Source of the DNA: Candidatus Levybacteria bacterium CG2_30_37_29
GTDB taxonomy: Bacteria > Patescibacteriota > Microgenomatia > Levybacterales > GWA1-39-11
DNA length: 64,000 nucleotides
Assembly (NCBI GenBank): GCA_001873215.1
Contig: MNYS01000002.1
Coordinates: 92,395-156,394, forward strand
Direction: 5' to 3'
The notes beneath the pieces are model-generated. The model saw nothing but the letters and a program-made list of their open reading frames with translations. It was not told the origin of the DNA and made no database searches. Made by a program: the position numbers and the translations under genes. This document shows positions 10,786 through 21,029 of the stretch, piece by piece. The stretch's first letter is position 1; each line of letters opens with the position of its first letter.

Positions 10786-11412
10786 ATGAAGTTATCAAAA
10801 AAATTTATTGAAATTAACAAAGATTATTATAAGCATATTGAAGAATATGATTGGGTTGAAGTGACGGATCATTATCGTGGGCTTGAATCTTTTTTCCACA
10901 AATTAAGAGAGTTTTTAGTTGTTCGAAAAGTAAAAAAATATGGAGCAGGGGATAAATATTTAGATGCTGGTTGTGGAACAGGGCTTATTTTGCGGCATCT
11001 TCCTAAGGGAGCTGTAGGAATTGATATCAATCCAAGAAATATCTCAAAAGCAAAAAAACACGCCCCAAACGCAAAAATAGTTGAAGGCGATATCGAAAAG
11101 ATGCCGTTTAAAGATAAATCGTTTAGTACAATAGTTTGTACTGAGGTAATAGAGCATCAACCAAATCCTGCTCCAACAGTAAATGAACTATATAGAGTTT
11201 TGGAAAAAGGAGGAGTTCTTATCGGTAGCGTTCCCTCAGCTTCTCCTATATGGTTTTTAAGATTTCTTTCAAGTACATGTCCGAGGGGAGAGCCTTTCCA
11301 CAAAAACTTTAAGAAGGATGAATTAGCAAAGCTTTTCAAAGACTTTGAAATAATTTCGCTCAAGCGTTCTGTAATGGGCATGAGTTACTTCTTCGTGTTA
11401 AAAAAAGTTTAG
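10786..11412 (+). CDS. Class I SAM-dependent methyltransferase
   Basis: YLDAGCGTG, GIDI, GDIEKMPF, CTEVIEH, ELYRVLEKGG. Confidence 0.9.
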   Translation: MKLSKKFIEINKDYYKHIEEYDWVEVTDHYRGLESFFHKLREFLVVRKVKKYGAGDKYLDAGCGTGLILRHLPKGAVGIDINPRNISKAKKHAPNAKIVEGDIEKMPFKDKSFSTIVCTEVIEHQPNPAPTVNELYRVLEKGGVLIGSVPSASPIWFLRFLSSTCPRGEPFHKNFKKDELAKLFKDFEIISLKRSVMGMSYFFVLKKV

Positions 11413-11476
11413 TTTCAAAGTTTAGGGTCTTATAGTTTTTCTTCTAATATTTGCGTATTTTGAACAATTTTTGCTA

Positions 11477-11482
11477 TATAAT
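11477..11482 (+). promoter_or_regulatory. Putative -10 box (TATAAT)
   Basis: TATAAT 8 nt upstream of the GTG at 11491, in an intergenic gap. Confidence 0.4.
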
Positions 11483-11490
11483 ATTATCAA

Positions 11491-13125
11491 GTGAAGAATT
11501 TATTCTTGATTTTAATTGTTGTAGCCGCAATATTTTTAAGGTTTTGGAATTTAAGCTCAAATCCTCCTTCTTTAACATGGGATGAGGCCGCATGGGGATA
11601 TAACGCTTACTCTTTAGGAATAGATGGAAGGGATGAATTTGGAAAGTTTTTGCCACTTACGTATTTGGAGTCTTTCGGTGATTTTAAGCCGCCTCTTTAC
11701 GCATATTTGTCGGTTTTGCCCGTAAAATTGTTTGGTTTGACAGAATTTTCCACCCGATTTGCCTCTGCATTTTTTGGTGTTTTGACGGTTCTTTTAACTT
11801 ATTTTCTTGTAAGAAAGATTTTTTCAAGCTTTGATGAAAAATTTAAAATCGTAGTTGCTTTACTATCCGCAGTATTGCTTGCAATTTCTCCCTGGCATAT
11901 TTTGTTATCTCGTGCCGCTTTTGAAGCAAATGTTTCAACGTTTTTTATAGTTTGCGGTGTATACCTTTTTTTGCTTGCTTTTGAAAGACGCTGGATTCTT
12001 CCGATTTCGATTTTCTCGTTTGTCCTGTCAATGTATACGTTCAATACAGCACGGATAATTGCTCCTCTTTTGGTGTTCGCGTTATTTGCAGTAAATACCA
12101 AATTCATGTTTTTTAAAATGAAACTTCAATTATTTGTTTCGATTATTTTTGGTGCGATTATTTTTATTCCATTATTTCTTTTTCTTCTTACTCCTCAGGC
12201 ACAATTACGTTTTCAGGAAGTAAATATTTTTTCAGACCCTTCTGTGGTTACTAGGGCAAACCAAGAAATTAAAAATGACAATAACTCTGTTTTTTCAAAA
12301 GCACTTCATAATAGAAGATTTGTTTATGGCGTGGAGTATCTTAGGCACTATTTTGATAATTTAAATCCGCAGTTTTTATTTATAAAGGGTGATGGTAATC
12401 CTAAATTTTCTATTCAAGATGTAGGGCAGATGTATATATGGGAAATTCCTTTTTTTCTTGTCGGTATATTTTTATTATTCAGGAAAAGGGAGGGTGATTG
12501 GTGGACTATTCCATATTGGTTATTTATAGGAATTTTTCCTGCTGCAAGCGCGCGGGAAACACCACATGCTTTAAGAATTGAAACAATACTTCCAACATTT
12601 CAAATTTTAACGGCATATGGTTTGTACCATGTGTTTGACAGTTTTAACCCCAGAATAAAAGGTGTAAATATAAGAAATCTAGCATTTTTTGCGCTATTAT
12701 TAGTTGTTGTTATTAATTTTTTATATTTTTACCATAATTATACTGCCCATTACGCAAAAGAATATTCAAGAGAATGGCAGCATGGATATAAAGACGCATT
12801 ATCTTTTGTTGAAAAAAATGAGGCATCTTATGACAGAATAGTTGTTACAGAAGCGCTTGGAAGACCTTATATATATTCGTTGTTTTATACAAAATATTCT
12901 CCCGAACAATTTAGAAAAGAAGCTGTAATAGAACGTGAAGCGCTTGGCTTCGTACATGTGAATAAATATTCTAAGTTTACATTCACAAAAAATGTTTCTG
13001 GGGAAGTTAATAAAGATATAAAATCACTATATATCGATACTCCGGATGCCGTACCGCCTAGCGCACATGTTGTTGAAAGATTTAAATTATTAAACGGAAA
13101 TATTGCGCTTGTTGCTTATGATTAA
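11491..13125 (+). CDS. ArnT/PMT-like GT-C glycosyltransferase
   Basis: TWDEAAWGYNAYS..GRDEFG, DFKPPLY, SPWHILLSRAAFEA, WQHGYK. GTG start. Confidence 0.85.
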   Translation: MKNLFLILIVVAAIFLRFWNLSSNPPSLTWDEAAWGYNAYSLGIDGRDEFGKFLPLTYLESFGDFKPPLYAYLSVLPVKLFGLTEFSTRFASAFFGVLTVLLTYFLVRKIFSSFDEKFKIVVALLSAVLLAISPWHILLSRAAFEANVSTFFIVCGVYLFLLAFERRWILPISIFSFVLSMYTFNTARIIAPLLVFALFAVNTKFMFFKMKLQLFVSIIFGAIIFIPLFLFLLTPQAQLRFQEVNIFSDPSVVTRANQEIKNDNNSVFSKALHNRRFVYGVEYLRHYFDNLNPQFLFIKGDGNPKFSIQDVGQMYIWEIPFFLVGIFLLFRKREGDWWTIPYWLFIGIFPAASARETPHALRIETILPTFQILTAYGLYHVFDSFNPRIKGVNIRNLAFFALLLVVVINFLYFYHNYTAHYAKEYSREWQHGYKDALSFVEKNEASYDRIVVTEALGRPYIYSLFYTKYSPEQFRKEAVIEREALGFVHVNKYSKFTFTKNVSGEVNKDIKSLYIDTPDAVPPSAHVVERFKLLNGNIALVAYD

Positions 13126-14782
13126 CAAAAAAATTTCTTTTATCATTCTTTTTGTAATTATTGTTCTGGCAGCAGTAATTAGGCTTTGGCAACTTGGTGT
13201 TGTTCCTCCATCTCCTGATTGGGACGAGGCGTCTCTTGGATATAATGCCTATTCGATTATGACGACCGGAAAGGACGAATATGGTAAATTTTTGCCTTTT
13301 ATACTACGTTCTTTTGACGATTACAAACCTGCGCTTTATGCATACTTTATTATCCCTTTTATTAAAATTTTTGGTTTGAATATTCTGGCTGTAAGACTGC
13401 CGTCTGCGCTTTTTGGTATTCTTACGGTTTTGGCTACGTATTTTTTAGTAAAGGAACTTTTGAGTGGAAAGTATAGTGGGTACATTGCTCTTCTTTCTTC
13501 GTTTTTTCTTGCAATATCCCCATGGCATATTCAATTCTCGCGGGTTGCTTTTGAAGCCCAAGTTGGTCTTGCTTTTAATATTTTTGCAATTTTATTTTTC
13601 CTCAAAGGTTTAAAGAAACATTTAATGCTTCTGCCGTCAGTATTATTTGCGGGGTTTAGTATTTATATTTATCAAAGCGAAAAAGTTTATTTACCTATAC
13701 TTTTTGCAGCACTTTTTATAATTTACCGTAAAGATATTTTATCTCTTCCAAAAAAATGGTTAGCAGGCGTATTTATTCTTGGTGCGATTATTGTTTTACC
13801 TATGTTTTATCAGTTAGTTACAAATCAAAACGTACTTCTTCGGGCAAAAGGGGTTAGCGTTTATTCAGATCAAACACAGTTTTTAAAACGTAATGCTGAA
13901 AAATACAATGCAGACAAACAGGCAAAAAATTATCTTGGCATACTTGTTGATAATAGACGAATTGAATATGTAAAGGCGGTAGTTTCCGGGTACATCTCCC
14001 ATTGGGATTTAAATTGGCTATTTATAACGGGTGATATTGAAAGACATCACGCGCCATTTATGGGACTTTTGTATTTGTTTGAGTTGCCATTTCTATTTAT
14101 AGGAATATATCAATTACTTTTTGGTGATTTTTCAAAAAAAGGAAAGCTTACTATTTTTGCTATTTTTCTTATAGCCCCTATTCCTGCATCGATTACAAGT
14201 GGTGTTCCGCATGCGGTACGTACAATAAATTTTCTTCCAACTTTTCAGATTTTTGTATCCTTGGGGATTTTGACTACGGCCATGTTTGTATCAAGAATTA
14301 AGTATAAGGTATTAAGTATAAAAGTAAGTTATTTCATATTTTCTTTCGGTATTTTATTTTTTATATTTAATTTTTTATATTTTCTAAACCAATACTTTGT
14401 TCAACAAAATTATTATTTTTCACAGAATTGGCAATATGGATATAAGCAAGCTATTGATTTTATAAAACCTGTTATGAAAAATTATGATTCGATTGTTGTT
14501 TCGAATCAGTCGCCACTGGATCAGTCTTACATATTTTTCCTTTTTTATCTGAAACATGATCCAAGTCTTTATCAAAAGTTCGGAGGCACAGAGAGCGGAG
14601 GATTCAAGGAACCGCATAAAGGATTTGACAATATAACTTTCAGAGAAATTGATTGGAAAAAAGAAGAAAAAAACGAGAAGATATTATATGTAGTAAGGTC
14701 AGACGATTTACCTTCGGACAGCCACGTTCTAAAAACTATTTACTATTTGGATGGTAAACCTGCTATAAAGATTGCAGAATAA
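13118..14782 (+). CDS. ArnT/PMT-like GT-C glycosyltransferase
   Basis: DWDEASLGYNAYS..GKDEYG, DYKPALY, SPWHIQFSR, WQYGYK. ATG at 13118 overlaps the upstream gene end. Confidence 0.85.
   Translation: MINKKISFIILFVIIVLAAVIRLWQLGVVPPSPDWDEASLGYNAYSIMTTGKDEYGKFLPFILRSFDDYKPALYAYFIIPFIKIFGLNILAVRLPSALFGILTVLATYFLVKELLSGKYSGYIALLSSFFLAISPWHIQFSRVAFEAQVGLAFNIFAILFFLKGLKKHLMLLPSVLFAGFSIYIYQSEKVYLPILFAALFIIYRKDILSLPKKWLAGVFILGAIIVLPMFYQLVTNQNVLLRAKGVSVYSDQTQFLKRNAEKYNADKQAKNYLGILVDNRRIEYVKAVVSGYISHWDLNWLFITGDIERHHAPFMGLLYLFELPFLFIGIYQLLFGDFSKKGKLTIFAIFLIAPIPASITSGVPHAVRTINFLPTFQIFVSLGILTTAMFVSRIKYKVLSIKVSYFIFSFGILFFIFNFLYFLNQYFVQQNYYFSQNWQYGYKQAIDFIKPVMKNYDSIVVSNQSPLDQSYIFFLFYLKHDPSLYQKFGGTESGGFKEPHKGFDNITFREIDWKKEEKNEKILYVVRSDDLPSDSHVLKTIYYLDGKPAIKIAE
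14297..14325 (+). repeat. Degenerate 7-bp tandem repeat (TAAGTAT) inside a CDS
   Basis: AT-TAAGTAT-AAGGTAT-TAAGTAT-AAAAGT, encoding IKYKVLSIK. Confidence 0.55.
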
Positions 14783-14783
14783 T

Positions 14784-16325
14784 ATGAGAAAAACCACAAT
14801 TGCCTCATTTATTAGCAGGTATAAAATATATGGTATTTGTGTTATAGCCGTATTTATCTTAGCTTTCTTTTTAAGAGCGCAGGAAAGCATTAGCGGAAAT
14901 TACCTTTTTTTAATAGATCAAGGTAGAGATATGATGGCGGTAAAAAATATAGTATTTGACCATCATCTTACTCTTATTGGTCCATATACCAGTCTTCAGG
15001 GAATATTCCAAGGTCCCATTTGGTATTATCTTCTCTCGATCCCTGTTTTTTTAATGTCAGGAAACCCTGTTGGTACGGTTTATCTGATGGTTATTATTAG
15101 CATGACGGTAATTTTTGTTTCGTTTTTCTGGGTTAAGAAAAGATTTGGCATAGCTGCTGCATTATTTGTAGCATTTTTATTCGCTGTTTCTCCAGAAGCA
15201 ATAGCTGCCTCAACATATAGCTGGAATCCTCATCCGATGTGGCTTCTTATTTTACTTTTTATTATCTCAATTTTTGAGGTAAGACAAAATAAAAGTTTTA
15301 ATATTTTGTTATGGATTTCTGTTTCTTTAATGTTCCATTTTGAAATGGCTCTTGGTGCATTTTTTTTACTAGCTTCTGTAATTTATCTTCTTGCTTTTAA
15401 TAGAGCAGTTTTTAAAACAAAGTTTTTCTTTATAGGAGTTTTAATTGGGTCGTTGTTTTTTATTCCGCAAATATCTTTTGATCTAAGACACAATTTTTTG
15501 ATGGCAAGATCCGTAATGGCTTTGTTTTCTGGGTCAAATCAAGGATTGTTGGTAGTAGGTGAGTCAAATAAGTATCTGAACCTTGTGGTAGGTCATTATT
15601 ATGCTTTTTACGGAAATTTTAAGTCTTCATTTATAAGTCAGGGGTTTTTCAGTTATGTTCCAAGCATTTTATTGAGTATGTTAATTATTGTTATGGCGTT
15701 TAGTAAAAAAAAGAAGTTAATTTTTAAAGAAGAAAAACAATTCTTAAGCATTACATTTAAGTTTGTCATAATTATTTTTATGCTTTCATTTTTGTATCCT
15801 TTTCCGATTCGGTATTGGTTTCTAACAGGCTTTCAAACATTCTACCTCCTATTTTTTGGAATAATATTAAGCATATTTTTACGCATAAAAGGGGGTAAAT
15901 TATTAGTAACGGTTCTAATATTATTTTTTTCAGTTTATTCATTTAGCAGGTTAAATATATTATATTTTAATCCACCTAACGATGGAGGAACGGCCAAAAT
16001 CAAAGGTAAATTGAGCGCAGTAGATTACGTTTATAAAGATTCCCGCGGAAAAAAGTTTGATTTATTAGTTTTTACCCCTCCTGTTTATACTGATGCTTAT
16101 GATTATCTTATCTTTTGGAGGGTAAAAACAAAATATGGGTATATCCCCGGACATGATAAAAATGGGCAATTTTATTTGCTGATGGAGCCAGATTACGAAA
16201 AACCATGGAGCTACAAAGGGTGGTTAGAGACTGTAATAAAGGACGGAAAAGTATTAAGTACGGTAACACTACCAAGCGGGATTATTATTCAAAAAAGAAT
16301 TTATGAAGAACAAGCAAAAAAATAA
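14784..16325 (+). CDS. ArnT-like GT-C glycosyltransferase (DQ-type loop motif)
   Basis: FLRAQ..LIDQGRD, LIGP, QGPIWYY, SWNPH. Polytopic. Confidence 0.8.
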   Translation: MRKTTIASFISRYKIYGICVIAVFILAFFLRAQESISGNYLFLIDQGRDMMAVKNIVFDHHLTLIGPYTSLQGIFQGPIWYYLLSIPVFLMSGNPVGTVYLMVIISMTVIFVSFFWVKKRFGIAAALFVAFLFAVSPEAIAASTYSWNPHPMWLLILLFIISIFEVRQNKSFNILLWISVSLMFHFEMALGAFFLLASVIYLLAFNRAVFKTKFFFIGVLIGSLFFIPQISFDLRHNFLMARSVMALFSGSNQGLLVVGESNKYLNLVVGHYYAFYGNFKSSFISQGFFSYVPSILLSMLIIVMAFSKKKKLIFKEEKQFLSITFKFVIIIFMLSFLYPFPIRYWFLTGFQTFYLLFFGIILSIFLRIKGGKLLVTVLILFFSVYSFSRLNILYFNPPNDGGTAKIKGKLSAVDYVYKDSRGKKFDLLVFTPPVYTDAYDYLIFWRVKTKYGYIPGHDKNGQFYLLMEPDYEKPWSYKGWLETVIKDGKVLSTVTLPSGIIIQKRIYEEQAKK

Positions 16326-17601
16326 AAATATAATTATTTCCGGATTGTTATCAAGGTGTAATTTATCAAATATAATTTTATTTTTAATTTTCTTAGCCTT
16401 TTTATTTCTAAGATTTTATCAGCTTGAAAGCAGATCAGAATTCCGGTGGGATCAGGTTGATAATGCGTGGGCGGCAAAAGATATTTTAATTGACGGTAGG
16501 TTACCTCTGGTAGGAATGGTAGCAAAACAAAATACGGGTTTTTTCATTGGACCCTTATATTACTATTTTATCACCCCTTTTTATTGGTTTTTTAATCTTG
16601 ATCCGATTGCGTCAGCTGTAATTTCAAGAATTACAAGCATTATTACATTTATCGTTTTATATCTAATTGCACTCAAAATCTTTTCCAAAAATACTGCATT
16701 ATGGGTTATAGGACTTTATACATTCTCTTATTATTTTCTTTATGAGGAAGGAAAGCAGTGGCCGATTAATTTTATTGCACCGGTATCTGCTTTAATTTTT
16801 TACTTCTTATACAATCTTTTATCTGAAAAAAAAGAAAAATATTTTTTTCCGCTGGTTATTTTTACTGGAATTTCTTTTCATTTAAATTTTACAGCTATTT
16901 TTTTTCCGCTTATTATATTTTTCTGTTTGCCATTTTTCCCAAGGACAAAAAAAATGTTGCTTTATATCTTGCTTTCCTTGCTTCTATTTGTGGCATTTTT
17001 TATACCGAATATTATTTTTGAAATACAAAATAAAGCAACATCTTCTTCTCATATGTTTAGTTATTTGGGTTCGTATTATCACGGTTTTCATTTGAGAAGG
17101 TTTATCCAGATTACGCCCCTGTCGCTAATCCAGTACAAGTTAATTCTTTCGGTAACGAAAGTTGATTGGATCGGTTATTCCATTCTGCCGATATTTGTTT
17201 TGGTTCTTTGGTTTTCTAAAACTATCAAGGAAAAAAACATTTTTATTTATCTAGTACTACTATGGACTTTGATACCTTGGATAAGTTTTTCCGCCTACAT
17301 GGGAGAGATAACAGATTATTACCTTGCTCTTTCCGTCCCGATAGTTTTATTTTCTCTTTCAGTTATTATCTCAAGATTATTTGAATATAAAAATTTAATA
17401 TTAAAATCGGGAGTTTTTTTAATTTTATTTATTTATTTTATTATCAATCTAAGCAGCTTTTTTGCTTTTAGACTTCAGGGAATTGACTATCACAAACAAC
17501 AGGTAAAAAAGGCAATAGAAGAAGGAAAGAAAATTGATTACACTATCGGAGATCCGCAATCATACATCTATTATATTTATAATCAAAGACAAAGTAAATG
17601 A
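16303..17601 (+). CDS. ArnT-like GT-C glycosyltransferase (DQ-type loop motif)
   Basis: FLRFYQL..RWDQVDN, LVG, IGPLYYY. Polytopic, with a short C-terminal domain. Confidence 0.8.
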   Translation: MKNKQKNKNIIISGLLSRCNLSNIILFLIFLAFLFLRFYQLESRSEFRWDQVDNAWAAKDILIDGRLPLVGMVAKQNTGFFIGPLYYYFITPFYWFFNLDPIASAVISRITSIITFIVLYLIALKIFSKNTALWVIGLYTFSYYFLYEEGKQWPINFIAPVSALIFYFLYNLLSEKKEKYFFPLVIFTGISFHLNFTAIFFPLIIFFCLPFFPRTKKMLLYILLSLLLFVAFFIPNIIFEIQNKATSSSHMFSYLGSYYHGFHLRRFIQITPLSLIQYKLILSVTKVDWIGYSILPIFVLVLWFSKTIKEKNIFIYLVLLWTLIPWISFSAYMGEITDYYLALSVPIVLFSLSVIISRLFEYKNLILKSGVFLILFIYFIINLSSFFAFRLQGIDYHKQQVKKAIEEGKKIDYTIGDPQSYIYYIYNQRQSK

Positions 17602-19241
17602 AAAAGTGGATATTTATTACGATTATTTTTATTGCAGCTTTTTTTAGATTTTATCAAATTACAATTGTTCCCCCGCACCCGTCTCTTGACGAGGTCTCAA
17701 TAGGCTATAACGCTTTTTCTATTCTGAAGACGGGGGTTGATGAATACGGAACCAAATTTCCGATTCTTCTTCGCGCCTATGATGATTGGCGTCCTGCACT
17801 ATACATATATCTTGTAGTTCCTTTTGTAAAATTATTTGGGTTATCTATTTTTGCTGTGAGATTACCGTCAGTTATTATGTCTATTCTTGATATTGTCGGA
17901 ATTTTTTATATTGCACGGGAGTTATTAGTTTATCTTAAAAAAGACAAAGACAAACTTTTTTCATTTTTTCCTTATTTTGCGGCATTTTTACTTGTCGTTT
18001 CTCCTTGGCATATTTATATTTCCCGTCTTGGACACGAGGCAAATTTAGCGTTATTTTGCTTTATTTTTGGGATTTTGTTTTTCTTTCGTTTTTTAAATAC
18101 AAGCCGCAATTTATTTTTCTATTTATTTATACTTTTTTTTGCCTTTTCATTTGATTCGTACCAAAGTACAAAAATAGTTATCCCTCTTTTTTCAATTCTT
18201 CTTTCATCTATATTTATTAAAAAAATTTGGTTAAAAAAGAAAATGCTTATTTTTGGTTTTCTTATTGGTTTAGTTGTTGTTCTGCCTATAATTATTGAGA
18301 GTATTAGTCCTCAGGGTTTGGTTAGATTTAAGGCGACAAATATTTTTCAGGCAAATCCGCAGATTGTCGCTGAAAGTTCTCGTCTTATTCTGAAGGATAA
18401 GATAAATAACGATAAGATATCGGAATTATTGCACAACAGAAGAGTTGGGTATTCTGTTTTGTTTGTTCAAGCGTTCGCGTCGCACCTCAATCCCTTTTGG
18501 CTTTTCTCAAATAAAGATTATGAGCCTTTTAAGTCCCCCGGACTTGGACTGTTTTATGTTTTTGAAATAATTTTTTTAATCTCTGGATTATTTTATTCAA
18601 TTTTCTATTTGCCAAAAAAATTTCTATTCTTATTTTTGGGATGGGTAATAATTGCTATTCTGCCGGGGGCAATTACAACGGGGTATCCTCATGCGATGAG
18701 AATATATGAGCTACTTCCCCTGCCACAGCTTATAGAAGCTTTCGGTATAATTTTTCTTTTGTCATTAATTTTCTCAAAAACCAAAATCAATTCAAAATAC
18801 ATTATTTTACCAACGTTTTTTCTAATAGGGATAGTAAGCATAGCTCAATTCTCATATTCTTATTTCTTTCTTCTACCAACAAAAATTTCAAATCAATTTC
18901 AATATGGTGCTATACAGGCATTTGAAATTGTTAAGGAAAGAGAGGCTAAATACGATAAAATCATTGTATCGAATTCTGGTAATTTATTTGAAAGTTATAT
19001 GTTTTATCTTTTTTATAATAAATTTGATCCATTTGTTTATAAAAATCTTGGTGGAACAAAATCTGGTGGTTTCGCAGAGTCACATAAAATTGGAAAGTAT
19101 ATATTCGAAAAAATTGAGTTGTCGAAAAAAATTCCAAAGACGTTGTATTTATTAAGTTCTAATGAAGTGGTGTTAAATATGCACGTTATAAAAATAATTT
19201 CTTTTCTTGACGGAAGCCCGGCAGTTATTATTGCAGACTAA
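17598..19241 (+). CDS. ArnT/PMT-like GT-C glycosyltransferase
   Basis: SLDEVSIGYNAFSILKTGVDEYG, DWRPALY, SPWHIYISR, FQYG. Confidence 0.85.
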   Translation: MKKWIFITIIFIAAFFRFYQITIVPPHPSLDEVSIGYNAFSILKTGVDEYGTKFPILLRAYDDWRPALYIYLVVPFVKLFGLSIFAVRLPSVIMSILDIVGIFYIARELLVYLKKDKDKLFSFFPYFAAFLLVVSPWHIYISRLGHEANLALFCFIFGILFFFRFLNTSRNLFFYLFILFFAFSFDSYQSTKIVIPLFSILLSSIFIKKIWLKKKMLIFGFLIGLVVVLPIIIESISPQGLVRFKATNIFQANPQIVAESSRLILKDKINNDKISELLHNRRVGYSVLFVQAFASHLNPFWLFSNKDYEPFKSPGLGLFYVFEIIFLISGLFYSIFYLPKKFLFLFLGWVIIAILPGAITTGYPHAMRIYELLPLPQLIEAFGIIFLLSLIFSKTKINSKYIILPTFFLIGIVSIAQFSYSYFFLLPTKISNQFQYGAIQAFEIVKEREAKYDKIIVSNSGNLFESYMFYLFYNKFDPFVYKNLGGTKSGGFAESHKIGKYIFEKIELSKKIPKTLYLLSSNEVVLNMHVIKIISFLDGSPAVIIAD

Positions 19242-19270
19242 AACTCATTGAGTCTTTTGGGACGTCATCA

Positions 19271-19276
19271 TATAAT
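19271..19276 (+). promoter_or_regulatory. Putative -10 box (TATAAT), leaderless geometry
   Basis: TATAAT exactly 6 nt before ATG 19283; no SD sequence. Confidence 0.45.
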
Positions 19277-19282
19277 ACAATT

Positions 19283-20050
19283 ATGGTCAAATTATCGGTC
19301 GCGCTTGCCACTTTTAACGAGGAATCAAATATTGCAAGCTGTCTTGACTCAGTAAGGGAATTAGCTTCGGAGATTGTGGTCGTCGATGGAAGTTCAAAAG
19401 ACAAAACTGTTGAAATCGCCAAAAAATATGGTGCTAAGGTAAAAGTGACCGATAATCCGCCCATATTTCATATTAATAAGCAAAAAGCGTTGAATATGGC
19501 AACGGGTGATTGGATTTTGCAGCTTGATGCAGACGAGCATGTTTCAGGCGAATTGGCTGATGAAATTAAAAAAGTGGTAGACGGGGGAAGTGAATATAAT
19601 GGTTATTGGATTCCGAGAAAAAATTACTTTCTAGGACGATTTTTGACAAAGGGCGGGCAATATCCCGATTATACAATTAGGTTATATAAAAAAGGAAAGG
19701 GCCGGCTTCCTCAAAAAGATGTTCATGAGCAAGCAGAAGTTGAAGGTAAAGTAGGATATCTGAAAAATCCTTTGCTCCATTATCCATATAAAAATTTCTC
19801 ATTTTATATTGAGAAATGGAACAGGTATAATATTCTTATTGCTACCCAAATTAAAAAGGATATGGAAAGAAAAAATAAATTCGAAAGATTTATATTTGGG
19901 ATTGGATATTTAATTATAAAACCAACACATTGGTTTTTAACTACGTACATAAGACATAAAGGGTTTGTTGATTTGTGGCAGGGATTTGTATTTTCGCTTT
20001 TTTCAGCATTAAGATTTCCAGTTGCGTATATAAAATATTTACAGATGTAA
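19283..20050 (+). CDS. GT2 glycosyltransferase (WaaE/beta-1,4-glucosyltransferase-like)
   Basis: ATFNEE, VVVDGSSKD, LQLDADE, YPDY..RL, VHE. Confidence 0.85.
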   Translation: MVKLSVALATFNEESNIASCLDSVRELASEIVVVDGSSKDKTVEIAKKYGAKVKVTDNPPIFHINKQKALNMATGDWILQLDADEHVSGELADEIKKVVDGGSEYNGYWIPRKNYFLGRFLTKGGQYPDYTIRLYKKGKGRLPQKDVHEQAEVEGKVGYLKNPLLHYPYKNFSFYIEKWNRYNILIATQIKKDMERKNKFERFIFGIGYLIIKPTHWFLTTYIRHKGFVDLWQGFVFSLFSALRFPVAYIKYLQM

Positions 20051-20054
20051 AAAT

Positions 20055-21029
20055 ATGAAAATACTTGTTACCGGTGGTGCCGGGTACATAGGAAGCTTTA
20101 TGGTAAAAAGACTTATTTCTCGTGGCGATAAAGTTCATGTTATTGATAGTCTTGAGCGTGGTCATAAAGACGCAATTGACAGCGAAGCAATTTTTCATCA
20201 AATGAATTTGATGGATTGGGACGAAGTTGAGCAAGTGTTTTCTTCTAGTCAGTTTGATGCGGTAATTCATTTTGCGGGGTATATCTCAATGGAAGAATCC
20301 GCCCGTGATCCAGGACTTTATTTTTGCAATAATACCTCAGGCTCTTTGGAAATAATAGAGCACTGCAAAAGAAATAATGTAAAAAATTTTATTTTCTCAT
20401 CAACTGCAGGGGTCTATGGAAATCCTATAAAGATTCCAATTCCGGAAGATCATCCCACAAATCCAGTTAATCCTTATGGTGAGAGTAAACTTATGGTTGA
20501 GAAGATTTTGTCATGGTTTAATAAAATAGATGGATTAAGCTATGCATGTCTTCGATACTTTAACGCATCGGGAGCAGCAATTGATGGAAGTATGGGGGAA
20601 GCTCATGACCCTGAAACCCACATAATTCCTAAAGCCATTGAAGCGGCGTTAAACAACAATGAGTTTAAAATGTTTGGAACTGATTACCAAACTCAAGACG
20701 GAACATGCGTGCGTGATTATATACATGTTTTAGATTTAGTTGAGGCTCATATTTTAGCTCTTGAAAAATTAGTGAAAGATAAGGGTGGATATATTTATAA
20801 TGTTGGAACAGGAAAGGGATATTCGAATAAGGAAGTTGTAGAAATGGTAAAAAAAATAAGCGGAATAAATTTTCCGATAGTAGAATTAGAGAGACGGTCT
20901 GGTGATGCGGATAGTCTTGTTGCGGATTCTTCTAAAATTCGCAATGAATTAGGATTTAATCCTAAATATTCGGATCTTGAAACGATTGTAAAAACCGCAT
21001 GGGAATACCATTCAAAAAATTCAAAATGA
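20055..21029 (+). CDS. galE: UDP-glucose 4-epimerase
   Basis: TGGAGYIGS, HFAG, SSTAGVYG, YGESK, LRYFNASGA, DGTCVRDYIHV. Confidence 0.93.
   Translation: MKILVTGGAGYIGSFMVKRLISRGDKVHVIDSLERGHKDAIDSEAIFHQMNLMDWDEVEQVFSSSQFDAVIHFAGYISMEESARDPGLYFCNNTSGSLEIIEHCKRNNVKNFIFSSTAGVYGNPIKIPIPEDHPTNPVNPYGESKLMVEKILSWFNKIDGLSYACLRYFNASGAAIDGSMGEAHDPETHIIPKAIEAALNNNEFKMFGTDYQTQDGTCVRDYIHVLDLVEAHILALEKLVKDKGGYIYNVGTGKGYSNKEVVEMVKKISGINFPIVELERRSGDADSLVADSSKIRNELGFNPKYSDLETIVKTAWEYHSKNSK

Noticed and set aside
11404-11425. AAAGTTTAG direct repeat after the methyltransferase gene
   Set aside because: Only two low-complexity copies; too weak to call an array.
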